IMG/VR virus record: IMGVR_UViG_3300034418_005508 | Location: 1,551-65,550 of that record | DNA length: 64,000 nucleotides | Source of the DNA: a virus | Taxonomy: Duplodnaviria > Caudoviricetes | Strand: one strand, 5' to 3' | Part shown: in pieces, positions 20,959 to 30,967 of the stretch | Layout: each line of letters begins with the position of its first letter | Position numbering within the stretch: the stretch's first letter is position 1 | Made by a program: the position numbers and the translations under genes | The notes under the pieces: generated by a model | The model's database searches: none | Told to the model about the DNA's origin: nothing | Seen by the model: only the letters and a program-made list of their open reading frames with translations

Positions 20959-23900
20959 TATCTGTACGAATTACGGAACTTGGTACCGGCAGAATACAAA
21001 TATATCAAATTTTTGCTCTCGTTATTGCTGATAAGGCGTACTCCTAAGTAGTGTCCAATGAACTTCTTCTGTTCGTACCACTGCTTTTCCGCGTTTATGT
21101 ATTCTGGGTTAGGTACCCCCTCATAGGTAAACATAGGAGTGTCCTCCCTAGTTGACTCAACTTTGGTTGTGAGTTTACCTACTACGTTAGGTTCACCTGT
21201 ATTAATATAGCTATTGGTATTTACTACGACAGCGGCCAAATCTCTGAATGAGTTGATGTACCATATCCCATCCACAAGCCTACAGTTGTTGAGGTAGTTG
21301 ATTTCTGTAAACTCTCCGGATATCTGCGTAGTGTTGTAGACATAGAATCTGTCAAAGATTGGGAATGTCTGCCTCTTGAACTCTGTTGTATAGTCCTCAC
21401 TTCTACTCTTTGCATCAGCCCAGTAGTACACGTTGCTGTACAGTTTAGCCATTGCTGGGTTAGCATTGTCAATGAACTCTAGCTCAAAGTTGTACAGTGT
21501 ATTGTAGAAGTTACCTGGGTTGTCTTCATCGTTGTGCATGTACACACTACCCTTGTACATTGTGTAGTATGTCTGCTCACCCGTAATGAAGATGTCTGGT
21601 ACGTAGCTGTGTCTGCTGATCCATATCTGCAGGTCAGGTAAGTATGACAATGTCCACCCACTTTGTGTAAAGTACGTAGGGTTACTCAAGCCTATAGGTC
21701 CTGATTTCACATTACCCTTGTTGGCTGGGTGGTTTATGTCAGAAGCAATCTCCCTTGCTGTGTCAGAAGGACCAAGCTTGTCTATAGCTGTGTTCTCTCT
21801 GAATGCCTCGAGATTACGTCTATGTGTGTATTCTCTCTCGCTCTTGCTGAGCTTAACACCAGTTTTAGAATTGTTCTGCTGTACAGCAAAGAACATGTTG
21901 TTCTGTATCTCTATGGTACCGTCTTGCAGCCCATCTATTAGAGTCTGTGTTGGTAGAGGTTCTCGCTTTGTAAGAATGATCCTTTTGAACTTGGGGTCAT
22001 ATCCTACGATAAAGCCCATGGGTACATTCGTATTTGTAGGAGCGTCTGGGTAATACGGGAACTCATGAGCATCCACGTTTATACCGTACCGTTCTATCTC
22101 AAACGGTATGTTCTCTCTGAACCAATGGTTCATGTTCCCCATCACTTCTGTGATGCCTTGGGTAAGCATGTGTACTTTTCTGCTTCTACGTGATACATAG
22201 AAGTGTCCTACTTCAGTTGTGTATGACGAAAGTCCTGACATAGTACCACCATACCCTATCTCAGATTCCTGTAGCTCGGTTGGTGGTATTGCGAATATGT
22301 CACCGCTACCAATGAATGCCTTGACACTACCCAGCTCCAGCTGTTCATTACCCTTAGTTTGGAAGAGAGCTTTCTCTGTATGTACATACAACGTGTCGTT
22401 CATGGTGAACATGTCTGTGATGTCACCACGCTTCTTAGGTATGTCAGCGTAATCGTTTGCCAAAAACTCCCTGTACCTGTCAGACAGTGCTCCTGTTGCA
22501 GATTTAGATCTGATGATTCTATTTCTGAACTGATCGTTCTCTTCTGTCCCCGCTCTCACTTTAGGGAATGGAACTGCTACCCTCTTATCCTGCACAAAGC
22601 TGAAGTGGTCCTCATACAACAACTGGTCTTGCTTTGTGAAGTCTTGTGTTGGGGGTGAGAACAATACCTCTGCTGCTGTATTGAAGTCAAAGAACTTCGT
22701 CGCCTGCCCCTTCTCACTGTCCTTCTGGTGCCTGAGTCCTATGTTGTCATCAGACTCTACCATGAACGTAAACAATGACGTGACTGGGTTAGAGTTGCCT
22801 TGCTGCCAGTTGTTAGCGTTTAGCAGTGTTTCAGATATGAACGACTCTATTTTGCCGACCTCTGTGCTGTTAGGGAACTCTGGGTATGTTGTATCTGTGA
22901 TAGTAGTAATGAAATTTCCCTGCCACACACTCATACCACCTGCAGTTCCCCAGTTGGTCAAGAAGTCATTAAGACTCAAGAAGTCTGGTACGTCTTTCTG
23001 TCTAGTGTTTTGTATGTATCCCAGGTTAACACCATTAGTTCCTGGGTTACCAATAACTTTGAGAGCATCAGTCGAATTAAGGCCAGAAGCGCCTGAAGGT
23101 CCTGCGTCACCCAAAGCACTAGACGCTCTGAACCAAGAATGGCCATAGCTATGAGATGTAGTGCGGAATGCGTACTTAGAAATGTAAGTATCCCCACCAT
23201 ATACTTCTGTTGATTCTGCTCCACTGAAGTATTTTTTCACTGGAGACAAGACCGTGCTACCACCTGCTGAAGTGAAGTCAAGATCATTTATGGCTGCGGT
23301 TGTACCAGTCTTCAATGCTGCATAACATGCCCCTTCTGCTAAATTATACTTGTCTTCCCACTCTTTGAACTCTTCATCGATTGAGTAGTAGTAACCAGTC
23401 CATACCAGTTCTTGCTTGTCGAATGGTGTATATACATCAGTTTTCAGCGAGCATACATTGATCAGCCAAGCCATAGGATAGCCCCACTCGTAGTCTGCAC
23501 CAGCTAGAGTGTAGTTCAATCCTTTGAAGTTAGAATTTTCTGTGGTTACACTCGAGCCATATAAGTACACGGCATGGTCAGGGATTGGTCGTACAGGTTT
23601 GGGATCTTTACTTGCTTGGAACCAAGCGTCAGGGAACAAGAACTTGTCGTCGTCTCCCCAAGCTGCTATGTTAAATGGTCCGTATTCACCTCCTCCGTCG
23701 TCAGATCCATCTCCCAGATACCAAGGGAATCCAGGTATTGCATTACCCTTAAATGGTACGAGTCCTTTCAAGTGAGGCAATCCACTAACTAGCGCCATAA
23801 CAATTGAACTCTCCCCACCCCTGTTGAAGATGTACTGAGCTCCTTTGAATGAACTAGACTCTGCTGTCTTCAAGTTACGTTGCCCTGGCAGGTATGTTTT

Positions 23901-26900
23901 GCTACCAGGGTCAAGCATGAATGTAAACTGAGAGTTTCTAGGTGCGCAGTAAGAATCTACAAACTCAAATCCTGCAGGTTTTATTAAAGACCAATCTTTG
24001 CCTGCGCTGTTGTACCATATGTTTTGTTGTCCATTCCATCTGTGGTCACCACCCTTGATGATCTCTCGGTGTCTATATATCTGCTCTGGGTGATAGTGTG
24101 CACAAGCTACGTATGCCCCACCTCTGTATGAACGGATGCGGTATCTACGAGCACGCAGCTCGGACACGTCGCTGTAATCCTCTATGTCATCTACGTCTTT
24201 TTCTTTACCGCGCAGACGTCTGAATGCTCTCTTGAACAAACCACCGGGCTTGTCTTCTTGGTCAGCAGGTGGATTGTCACTACCGTAGGGATTGCTCACA
24301 TCTTCATCTGCATCGATGAACGTATCAGTCACGTCATAGATCTCACCATCTACGTTGTAGTCGACAGTGTTACCCAACGCTTGTGATATCCATCCCAGTG
24401 ATGGGAAGGTTGTGAGCTTTTCTTTGTTCTCCTCATCTTCTTTACGAGCCCCAAATACACCAGGCCCGCCCTGGAACTGTCTAAATGCAATAGCCGCCTG
24501 GCATTGTATGTGTGTGACTGTGTTAAGAGTTGGTCTCTTACGCAGCATGTTAAAATCGTGGAATGTAAAGACTGGGTTCGCGTAGTAACGGAACATCCTG
24601 TCTACAATCGTAGGGCCTGCGTAAGGAAACTGCTCAGCCCTGTTGGGGTTGGGTACTTGTTCCTGTCCCCTTCCTGCAGCATCTGGATTGTTGTCTGTGT
24701 GGTAAGCTGCTTTCCACTTTGACGCTACAGCCATAGCGGTCTCCATGTCGCTTCTCAATCCACCAAATGCGTAGAATGCATTGAAGTATGGCCCCTTACG
24801 CGCCAGCAGTCTGTTCTGGTTTGGGGAAGATGCATACCTAGGCATAGCTGGTATGGCCAAACTTTGCCCACTAATAAGTCTGTCAGAGTTTGTACGCTTA
24901 GCATAATAGATCTTGTACCCTTGTATTTCCTTAAGCATGTGCTTAGGAATCTTCAGGTTCTCCAATTGTATACCAAGTATTCTTACAGTCTCACTGGTTA
25001 TAAGCTTTTTCTTTACATACGAATCACTGGCAATCTTTTTATCTCTGTGATTGGATATCCATGCTGCTCCCAGGTAATCCAAATTGTTCTGATAGGTTTG
25101 TGGTATCCCTGTAGTTGGGTCTTCAAATGCAGCCACAAAACCTCTTTGAGATAGGTTACCTGCATTTTCAAAGAATATCCCACCGTAGTTTCGATCCCAA
25201 GCAAGTGGGCCATACTGAATGCCTGTATTGTTACCCGTCAGTATGTCCTCTCCTGCACCTGAGTATTTCACGTATGAAAAGTCAGGGTTGTAGTTAGATG
25301 GCATTCTATGATGTCTCACTTTTCTGCCATACAAGCTGTAGTACTTATGGTAGTAGCTATCAAACGAGTATCCGTCTGTATTGCCTGGGCCTATGATGTT
25401 TGTTTGTTCTCCTGTATCTCTGTCTACATCTGCGTGCACCCAATCAAAGTTCTCTGGGTATCTTTCACTCTGGTTCTCCCAGAACCCCATGTTCATTTTC
25501 AAAGCAGTATAAGCACCATCGTCTCCATGGTTAATTGGGTCACCTCCTGCGAAAGAGGTATTGTAGCTTGTATCAATGACTTGATATATACGTGCTACTT
25601 TAGACTGTTCTTTCAATTCAGGGGCGTGGAATCCGTGACTCTTAAGGTGAAGGTTCTCACCTTTGTGAGTGAACCTGTCACTCTCCATGAGGTAGTCTCC
25701 CAAACAATCTGTTTCATTGGGGTCTAGTTCGCCCAGCAAAAACTTGTAGTAAGTGTCCGTAGGTACTGGATCTCCATTGCAGAGACCAGAGTTGCTTATG
25801 ATATTTGCTTGCTGCTGCGTTGTAACCAACGGAACCTCACGTCTTCCTGGTATGTGGTACGCAAAGGTCTCTGTACCGTCTCTAAGTACGAATGATACGT
25901 AGAATGCATAGACGTCACCACGTCTAAAGCTCTTACCTCTGTACGAGAATCTGTTGTCTTTATATCCTCTACGTGTAGCCTGAGCGAGATTATAGCTAAC
26001 TCCGAATTTCCCATCACCGAGTCTTAGCTGTATCTGACCGCTGTCCGGGTATCTCAGGTAGTCTGCAATTGAACTAACGTAGTCTGGGTACATAGAGTCA
26101 ACAGCATCTATACCTAGGGTAGCAGGGTTTGCGGGAGCACCGTTTTGCTCTGACTGGTAGTAGGTTTGACCTATACCATCAAATCCTGCAGGGTGTTCTT
26201 TAACCGCATAGTACGGCATGACCATGGTACCATATCCCTTGTTTAGAGTTATGATGTCATACACCCTTCTATCAAAGCCTTCCACAGCTTTGACTACAGG
26301 CTTGATTTTAATGTTAGATGCGTATCTCTGGAACCCTATGTCTTTACGTGAGATCAGGTTACCTAAGTACAGTCTGTCGTTAAGTTGAGTAAGTGTCTTC
26401 GCAGTCAAGTACTTTACTTGATCTGCTACAATGTCAAGAAGACTTAATGTGCTTGCATCCTCTCTGCCGCTATATACGATGGTAAATATGCTGCTACTCA
26501 GCCCGAAGTTAGAACTGCTTCGTTGTTCAGATGCTTGTCCTGAAGTTTCTACAAACGGTGCTGGAGGGGGCGATGTTCTTCTGTCTGCGACGAAATCTTC
26601 AGTATCAATACTTGGATCATTGAACGCTCCGGTAGGAGGAGTGGTGTTACCTACGATGTCAAGTGTATTGATACTATCATATGCATCGTCATCATTTGTG
26701 CTCTGGATCTGTATTCTGTCCAGCTTGTACACGTTCTCTGCATTCCCTATGCGCTGTATTACAGCAGGCTGCAGGTACTTGTACTGCACCGTCTTTGGTA
26801 TGTATACCTCCCAGTGTACGGACTTCGTTGTTGTTGTCCCACCCTGTGCCCCAATAACAATGTCTGCTGGTACTGTTGTATCGGGTTCTGGGATGATGTA

Positions 26901-27593
26901 AACTGGGTTAGATACCACGAAGTAGTTCGTCTCCACAAAGTCTTCGTCAGCATATGCAAGTGCAAGGTGATATGTGCCTGATCTTACTGCACCACCTTCA
27001 AACACATATGCATTCTTGATACGAGAGTGTGTGCCCACTTCAGGGAACAAGCTTAGCTTATCTACAGTGTAGTTGTTCTCCCCATACAAGACCTCGAACG
27101 CACTAGCGCCAGGGGCTATGGCAAACCACTGCAGTTGTCTAGTTACATTAAATGTCCTTGGTGGGTTAAAGTCGGATACGTAAGACGCTTCTGTGATCGT
27201 CTCATCTATGACGTAGTAGTTGTCCGTGAAGTAAACAATGACATCGTTCTTAGCATCTCTTCTGTACTCACCTATAATAGGATGGGATCTCTTGAAGTTG
27301 AGTTTATCGCTGCGGTACAGTACGGTTGTCTCTTTCTTGACTGGGTCAACAAGTATGATCTCGCAGCTTGTATTTTGATTTACCCCAATGCCGAAGATGA
27401 TCAGCCTTTCTTCGTCAATTGGTATTGCACCAACGACGTCTACGTTCAACGATACGGCAAGCTCATTGCCCCATTCGTTGCTCATAGTGCCTGTCTCTAC
27501 GCTTACTGTAGCGTTGAGCGCATCTCTGTACGTCCCATCAGGCTGTTCAGCCTTGGACGTATCTTTAGCCATACCTCCAATAAACTTCTTCAT
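20958..27593 (-). CDS. Tail stabilisation / muzzle protein (P22 gp10-like, crAss type)
   Basis: 2211 aa. N-terminus GGMAKDTS..QPDGTYRDALNAT, internal TLTQLNDRLYLGNL, SFRRGDVYAFYV, GYKIYYAKR, C-terminal WTLSY..WISRHSYVP. Synteny after the ring protein. Confidence 0.85.
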   Translation of the reverse strand: MKKFIGGMAKDTSKAEQPDGTYRDALNATVSVETGTMSNEWGNELAVSLNVDVVGAIPIDEERLIIFGIGVNQNTSCEIILVDPVKKETTVLYRSDKLNFKRSHPIIGEYRRDAKNDVIVYFTDNYYVIDETITEASYVSDFNPPRTFNVTRQLQWFAIAPGASAFEVLYGENNYTVDKLSLFPEVGTHSRIKNAYVFEGGAVRSGTYHLALAYADEDFVETNYFVVSNPVYIIPEPDTTVPADIVIGAQGGTTTTKSVHWEVYIPKTVQYKYLQPAVIQRIGNAENVYKLDRIQIQSTNDDDAYDSINTLDIVGNTTPPTGAFNDPSIDTEDFVADRRTSPPPAPFVETSGQASEQRSSSNFGLSSSIFTIVYSGREDASTLSLLDIVADQVKYLTAKTLTQLNDRLYLGNLISRKDIGFQRYASNIKIKPVVKAVEGFDRRVYDIITLNKGYGTMVMPYYAVKEHPAGFDGIGQTYYQSEQNGAPANPATLGIDAVDSMYPDYVSSIADYLRYPDSGQIQLRLGDGKFGVSYNLAQATRRGYKDNRFSYRGKSFRRGDVYAFYVSFVLRDGTETFAYHIPGRREVPLVTTQQQANIISNSGLCNGDPVPTDTYYKFLLGELDPNETDCLGDYLMESDRFTHKGENLHLKSHGFHAPELKEQSKVARIYQVIDTSYNTSFAGGDPINHGDDGAYTALKMNMGFWENQSERYPENFDWVHADVDRDTGEQTNIIGPGNTDGYSFDSYYHKYYSLYGRKVRHHRMPSNYNPDFSYVKYSGAGEDILTGNNTGIQYGPLAWDRNYGGIFFENAGNLSQRGFVAAFEDPTTGIPQTYQNNLDYLGAAWISNHRDKKIASDSYVKKKLITSETVRILGIQLENLKIPKHMLKEIQGYKIYYAKRTNSDRLISGQSLAIPAMPRYASSPNQNRLLARKGPYFNAFYAFGGLRSDMETAMAVASKWKAAYHTDNNPDAAGRGQEQVPNPNRAEQFPYAGPTIVDRMFRYYANPVFTFHDFNMLRKRPTLNTVTHIQCQAAIAFRQFQGGPGVFGARKEDEENKEKLTTFPSLGWISQALGNTVDYNVDGEIYDVTDTFIDADEDVSNPYGSDNPPADQEDKPGGLFKRAFRRLRGKEKDVDDIEDYSDVSELRARRYRIRSYRGGAYVACAHYHPEQIYRHREIIKGGDHRWNGQQNIWYNSAGKDWSLIKPAGFEFVDSYCAPRNSQFTFMLDPGSKTYLPGQRNLKTAESSSFKGAQYIFNRGGESSIVMALVSGLPHLKGLVPFKGNAIPGFPWYLGDGSDDGGGEYGPFNIAAWGDDDKFLFPDAWFQASKDPKPVRPIPDHAVYLYGSSVTTENSNFKGLNYTLAGADYEWGYPMAWLINVCSLKTDVYTPFDKQELVWTGYYYSIDEEFKEWEDKYNLAEGACYAALKTGTTAAINDLDFTSAGGSTVLSPVKKYFSGAESTEVYGGDTYISKYAFRTTSHSYGHSWFRASSALGDAGPSGASGLNSTDALKVIGNPGTNGVNLGYIQNTRQKDVPDFLSLNDFLTNWGTAGGMSVWQGNFITTITDTTYPEFPNSTEVGKIESFISETLLNANNWQQGNSNPVTSLFTFMVESDDNIGLRHQKDSEKGQATKFFDFNTAAEVLFSPPTQDFTKQDQLLYEDHFSFVQDKRVAVPFPKVRAGTEENDQFRNRIIRSKSATGALSDRYREFLANDYADIPKKRGDITDMFTMNDTLYVHTEKALFQTKGNEQLELGSVKAFIGSGDIFAIPPTELQESEIGYGGTMSGLSSYTTEVGHFYVSRRSRKVHMLTQGITEVMGNMNHWFRENIPFEIERYGINVDAHEFPYYPDAPTNTNVPMGFIVGYDPKFKRIILTKREPLPTQTLIDGLQDGTIEIQNNMFFAVQQNNSKTGVKLSKSEREYTHRRNLEAFRENTAIDKLGPSDTAREIASDINHPANKGNVKSGPIGLSNPTYFTQSGWTLSYLPDLQIWISRHSYVPDIFITGEQTYYTMYKGSVYMHNDEDNPGNFYNTLYNFELEFIDNANPAMAKLYSNVYYWADAKSRSEDYTTEFKRQTFPIFDRFYVYNTTQISGEFTEINYLNNCRLVDGIWYINSFRDLAAVVVNTNSYINTGEPNVVGKLTTKVESTREDTPMFTYEGVPNPEYINAEKQWYEQKKFIGHYLGVRLISNNESKNLIYLYSAGTKFRNSYR

Positions 27594-28615
27594 GCTATAG
27601 AGTTGGTGCTGTAGTTACCTCTGTACAAATTCTCTCTTGTGTTGAGAGTTCCCATCACGTTGTCAAACTCGCTGATACGTGGTACGAGTCTAACCCACTG
27701 GTTCATGAACGATTCGTATCTCGCCATGTCTGGGTACTTAGCTTCATTACGAGCCTGTGTACAGTAGAACTTCCACTGCTGGTCTGCGAAGCTGTAATCG
27801 ATTCCGTTTGTTGATGGATCAAATGATGCACCAAGCAACAGCTTCTTGTATATGTACCAGAACATAGCTTCCTTGAAGCTGATGTCGTCTGGTATCAATG
27901 GCCAGCATTCTGTATCTGTTGCAAATGCTGTGTACGACAAGCAGAGCTTACCTGTTCTGAATGACGTCTTGATTCTATCGTTCTCTACGAGGTAACACTC
28001 GTTAGACGTAGTGAATTCGTTCACACACTTATCGCAGTGTATGCCTCTAGGGAAGTTAGTTGTGCAGTACTGTATTGGTGTGAGATTACCTACAGTCGGG
28101 TTCATGTATGCTGTATATATTACCTGAGCATCTGCAACAAGTTTGTTGAGATCTTTGTCTGTAGTTTTTCTAGTTTTTTCTAGACCGTTTACAGTAGTGT
28201 CAAAGGCATTAGCTATTAGTGAAGTAGATTGAGCACTACTAGCGAAGAAGTTTAAACTGGTAGCTATCCCGTCTAGGTAAGGGCCATAGAGATTTCCTAG
28301 GTCGCTGTACTCTTTTGTCAGGTCTGTTATCTCTTTTCTTAGATCTGCAATCTTAGCACTAAGAGACTGTTCTTGCTCTGTTTGATTGATCGCAACCTGG
28401 TTGATGTAGTATACATCTGGAGGTAGTGTTGCTTTGAAGTCATCTACTTCAATGATGCACCCTTTGCTTTCTACGTGCGCACCAGCACCAATGTGTTCGA
28501 GTGCTTCCCCAATCCATTCAACAGCATCGTAGATCCAGTTACCGTCACCAGGGTTCAAGTCACGCATGACTTTCCTGATGATCGCTTTACATGATATAGT
28601 CTTATATGTCGCCAT
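27590..28615 (-). CDS. Tail tubular / ring protein (P22 gp4-like) with helical insertion
   Basis: 341 aa. EWIGEALEHIG, IKTSFRTG.LCLSY.AF..D...PLIPDD.SF.EA..WYI, W.FYC.QA. Immediately upstream of the muzzle. Confidence 0.8.
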   Translation of the reverse strand: MATYKTISCKAIIRKVMRDLNPGDGNWIYDAVEWIGEALEHIGAGAHVESKGCIIEVDDFKATLPPDVYYINQVAINQTEQEQSLSAKIADLRKEITDLTKEYSDLGNLYGPYLDGIATSLNFFASSAQSTSLIANAFDTTVNGLEKTRKTTDKDLNKLVADAQVIYTAYMNPTVGNLTPIQYCTTNFPRGIHCDKCVNEFTTSNECYLVENDRIKTSFRTGKLCLSYTAFATDTECWPLIPDDISFKEAMFWYIYKKLLLGASFDPSTNGIDYSFADQQWKFYCTQARNEAKYPDMARYESFMNQWVRLVPRISEFDNVMGTLNTRENLYRGNYSTNSIA

Positions 28616-29084
28616 GCTTCTTGAATCTTAAGTATGCTAAGTCATCGTTTTTCAGGAGTGATGTTAACTTCTCCTTGTTCCCCTTGATTCCTCGGGTTGG
28701 GGTAAACCTGTATGCAGACTTGTTAGATATCTTACATCTAGACTTCTGCCAGTGATATTTGCAGTACCAGGGGTCAGTGTAGTAGATAAACCACTTCTCA
28801 CCTTCCCCTGATTCTGCGTCGTAGAGCTGCTTACCTTCTGCAAGCAGTTCTTGTTTGTACTTGTTGCTCTCCCACCAGTCTATCGTAGGCTTACTGGGAT
28901 TGCGCTCTATGCGTCGTATTGACAAGGTGGACAGGTTGCTGCCCATGCTGAACTCCTTACCATCAAGGATCATACTGATGACCTCCATGTTGAACTCTTC
29001 ACACAGTTGCTTAAACAGTCGTGTTTCGATGGGGTCTTCAATATTCTTTACATAGTCCTTATGTATGTCCTTGATGGTATGCAT
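28602..29084 (-). CDS. crAss-type IHF-like DNA-binding protein
   Basis: 160 aa. ILDGKEFSM..NL..LSIRR...IDW.ES pattern, at the conserved position upstream of the ring and muzzle genes. Confidence 0.65.
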   Translation of the reverse strand: MHTIKDIHKDYVKNIEDPIETRLFKQLCEEFNMEVISMILDGKEFSMGSNLSTLSIRRIERNPSKPTIDWWESNKYKQELLAEGKQLYDAESGEGEKWFIYYTDPWYCKYHWQKSRCKISNKSAYRFTPTRGIKGNKEKLTSLLKNDDLAYLRFKKHGDI

Positions 29085-29890
29085 TATCTAGTTATAGTCT
29101 TCTTCTTTCTTTCGTTCCTTCTGTTCATCCTACCGGCAACTCTTTCAGCCCTCTTCTTGCTTACAACTTTGCTTCTGTCTGCAGTGCGTTGGCTTTGAAC
29201 TTCATACAGTTCTTTGTCTCGCCTTGTTTCTCTGCGCTTGCTGACAACTTGCTTGTTTCTCTTCACATCTACATTGCGGCGCTTTCCTTCGATCGTTCTT
29301 CTTTTCTCTCCGCGCTTTGCCATGACCTGCTCTTCTTGATACGGTCCTTCGTCTTTCTTCTTTCTCTTACCACCCAGCAACTTTGTGCTAGTGTTTATTT
29401 TCTTTCTCCTCTTGTTGTACCTAGACTCAAGCTTTTTGGCTTTTGCTCTACGCTTGCCTACGCGGCCATCCTGTGGACCTACATCTCTGTTTGTAGTGCG
29501 TGTGACGTTCTTCTTGATTTCATAGGTGCCGTCTTCATTTTGAACAACTTCTTTAGTTCTTACTCTACGAGTTTTAACCCTACCTATATTTCTTGGCTTA
29601 CTGTTGGGGGTTCGTGAAGCCAATGTGGCAGGGCCACCTTCTTGTTTGATCACACCTCTACCCTTGAGGATGTCAGCTCTGGTCACTTTACCGTCACCAG
29701 TCAAATCAGGGAATCCACCTTCCTTCTTCTTGGAGTTGCTCATGCTACCAGGTCCTCCTGCCTTAGTGCAGCGTACACCCCAAGCATTTGCATATGCAGA
29801 CGGATACACATCGAACTTAGATCTAGCTGCTGCTTTACAGGGCCCGCTGATCTTGAATCCACCTTTCTTTTTAAAATCTGGATATTTCAT
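29084..29890 (-). CDS. Highly basic modular protein (268 aa), xxxGG-punctuated
   Basis: Start reassigned to ATG 29890 (MKYPD, after the upstream stop, matching the neighbour's MKYPS). Modules CKAAARSKFDVYPSAYANAWGVRC and FPDLTGDGKVTRADILKGRGV, then a K/R-rich tail. Confidence 0.8.
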   Translation of the reverse strand: MKYPDFKKKGGFKISGPCKAAARSKFDVYPSAYANAWGVRCTKAGGPGSMSNSKKKEGGFPDLTGDGKVTRADILKGRGVIKQEGGPATLASRTPNSKPRNIGRVKTRRVRTKEVVQNEDGTYEIKKNVTRTTNRDVGPQDGRVGKRRAKAKKLESRYNKRRKKINTSTKLLGGKRKKKDEGPYQEEQVMAKRGEKRRTIEGKRRNVDVKRNKQVVSKRRETRRDKELYEVQSQRTADRSKVVSKKRAERVAGRMNRRNERKKKTITR

Positions 29891-29901
29891 GTCTCTTGTT
29901 A

Positions 29902-30924
29902 TTATTCGTATGCTCCGCATCCCCCACCTTGACATCCAGAACCGCTGTTAGATCTTTCTTTTCTACGGTTCCTTCTAGCTGTTCTTCTAGCCTGTGAAGC
30001 TGCTTTCACCTTACCTGCAAAGTCTCTAACCTTGTCACGTCTCTTTTGACGTCTACGCTTTCTCTTCGCTTTGTTCTGAAGCTTTTCTCTGTATCTGTCG
30101 AGACCAACTTCCCCAGCACCCTGTCTGTCTGACTTCTTTCTTCTAGCACCTACGCGCTTGAATCTTTCAACTTTACGTCCTGTCTGTCTCTCGCTTCTAT
30201 CGGCTTCTCTTTGTTCCTTCTTGGTACGAGTGCCCTTGATAACTTCAACGTCTATTCTATCCTGCTCTGACTTAGGCAGTTCAAACATACCCCCGTTCTG
30301 CATTTTGCCTTCTTTGCGCTTTACTCTTCTGCGAGTACGAAGTCCTTTCTTACCAATTTTATATCTAGGCTTGTCTTTGGTAGACTCGTATCTAGCATCA
30401 GGGTTAGGCATGTCTCCTGGAGGGACGCGTCTTTTCCTACGGCGATCTGGAAGTCCGCCTCTTTGTAGTGCACCAGTATCCATACCTGCACCAACAGCTG
30501 ATGTATCTACACCACCACCAACAGCACCTGTCATTTCAGGCGCAGTTTCAGCCGGTTCTTCGGGTTGGTTCTTTCTGTCCTTGAACTCTTGAAGTCTATC
30601 TGCATAGCCTTCTTGTATTTTGTCAGCAAGGCCTGCATTGGCGTTGTTGTTAAATCCTCCAGCAGCACCTGCAGCAAGTCCTTTGAGTCTTTCTTTAAAG
30701 CCTTTGCCTTTGTTTGCTCTGAAGCCTTGTATAGCTCCCATGGCTCTACCGACACCAGTTCCAGACAAGAATCCTTTACGTCCTGCCTTTCTCAGTTCCT
30801 TACCTGTAAGGCCCTGTTCTTTAGCACGCTTACGTGCACCGGCACGACCTATAAGACCTCCAATGATTTTCTTACTGACACCCTTCTTACGGCGTCCCAT
30901 TCCTGGTAGTGATGGATATTTCAT
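29902..30924 (-). CDS. Highly basic modular protein (340 aa), xxxGG-punctuated
   Basis: K/R/G-rich. KIIGG, LQRGG, MQNGG; ends CQGGGCGAYE. Confidence 0.8.
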   Translation of the reverse strand: MKYPSLPGMGRRKKGVSKKIIGGLIGRAGARKRAKEQGLTGKELRKAGRKGFLSGTGVGRAMGAIQGFRANKGKGFKERLKGLAAGAAGGFNNNANAGLADKIQEGYADRLQEFKDRKNQPEEPAETAPEMTGAVGGGVDTSAVGAGMDTGALQRGGLPDRRRKRRVPPGDMPNPDARYESTKDKPRYKIGKKGLRTRRRVKRKEGKMQNGGMFELPKSEQDRIDVEVIKGTRTKKEQREADRSERQTGRKVERFKRVGARRKKSDRQGAGEVGLDRYREKLQNKAKRKRRRQKRRDKVRDFAGKVKAASQARRTARRNRRKERSNSGSGCQGGGCGAYE

Positions 30925-30941
30925 GTTCTCTTAGTTAGAGA

Positions 30942-30959
30942 GGGGAGCCGGAGCTCCCC
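30942..30959 (-). terminator. GC-rich hairpin with C(UCCG)G tetraloop; weak terminator or mRNA stabiliser
   Basis: Minus strand GGGGAGC-TCCG-GCTCCCC then TCTCTAACT, in the 43-nt gap between two CDSs. Confidence 0.6.
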
Positions 30960-30967
30960 CCCTGTTA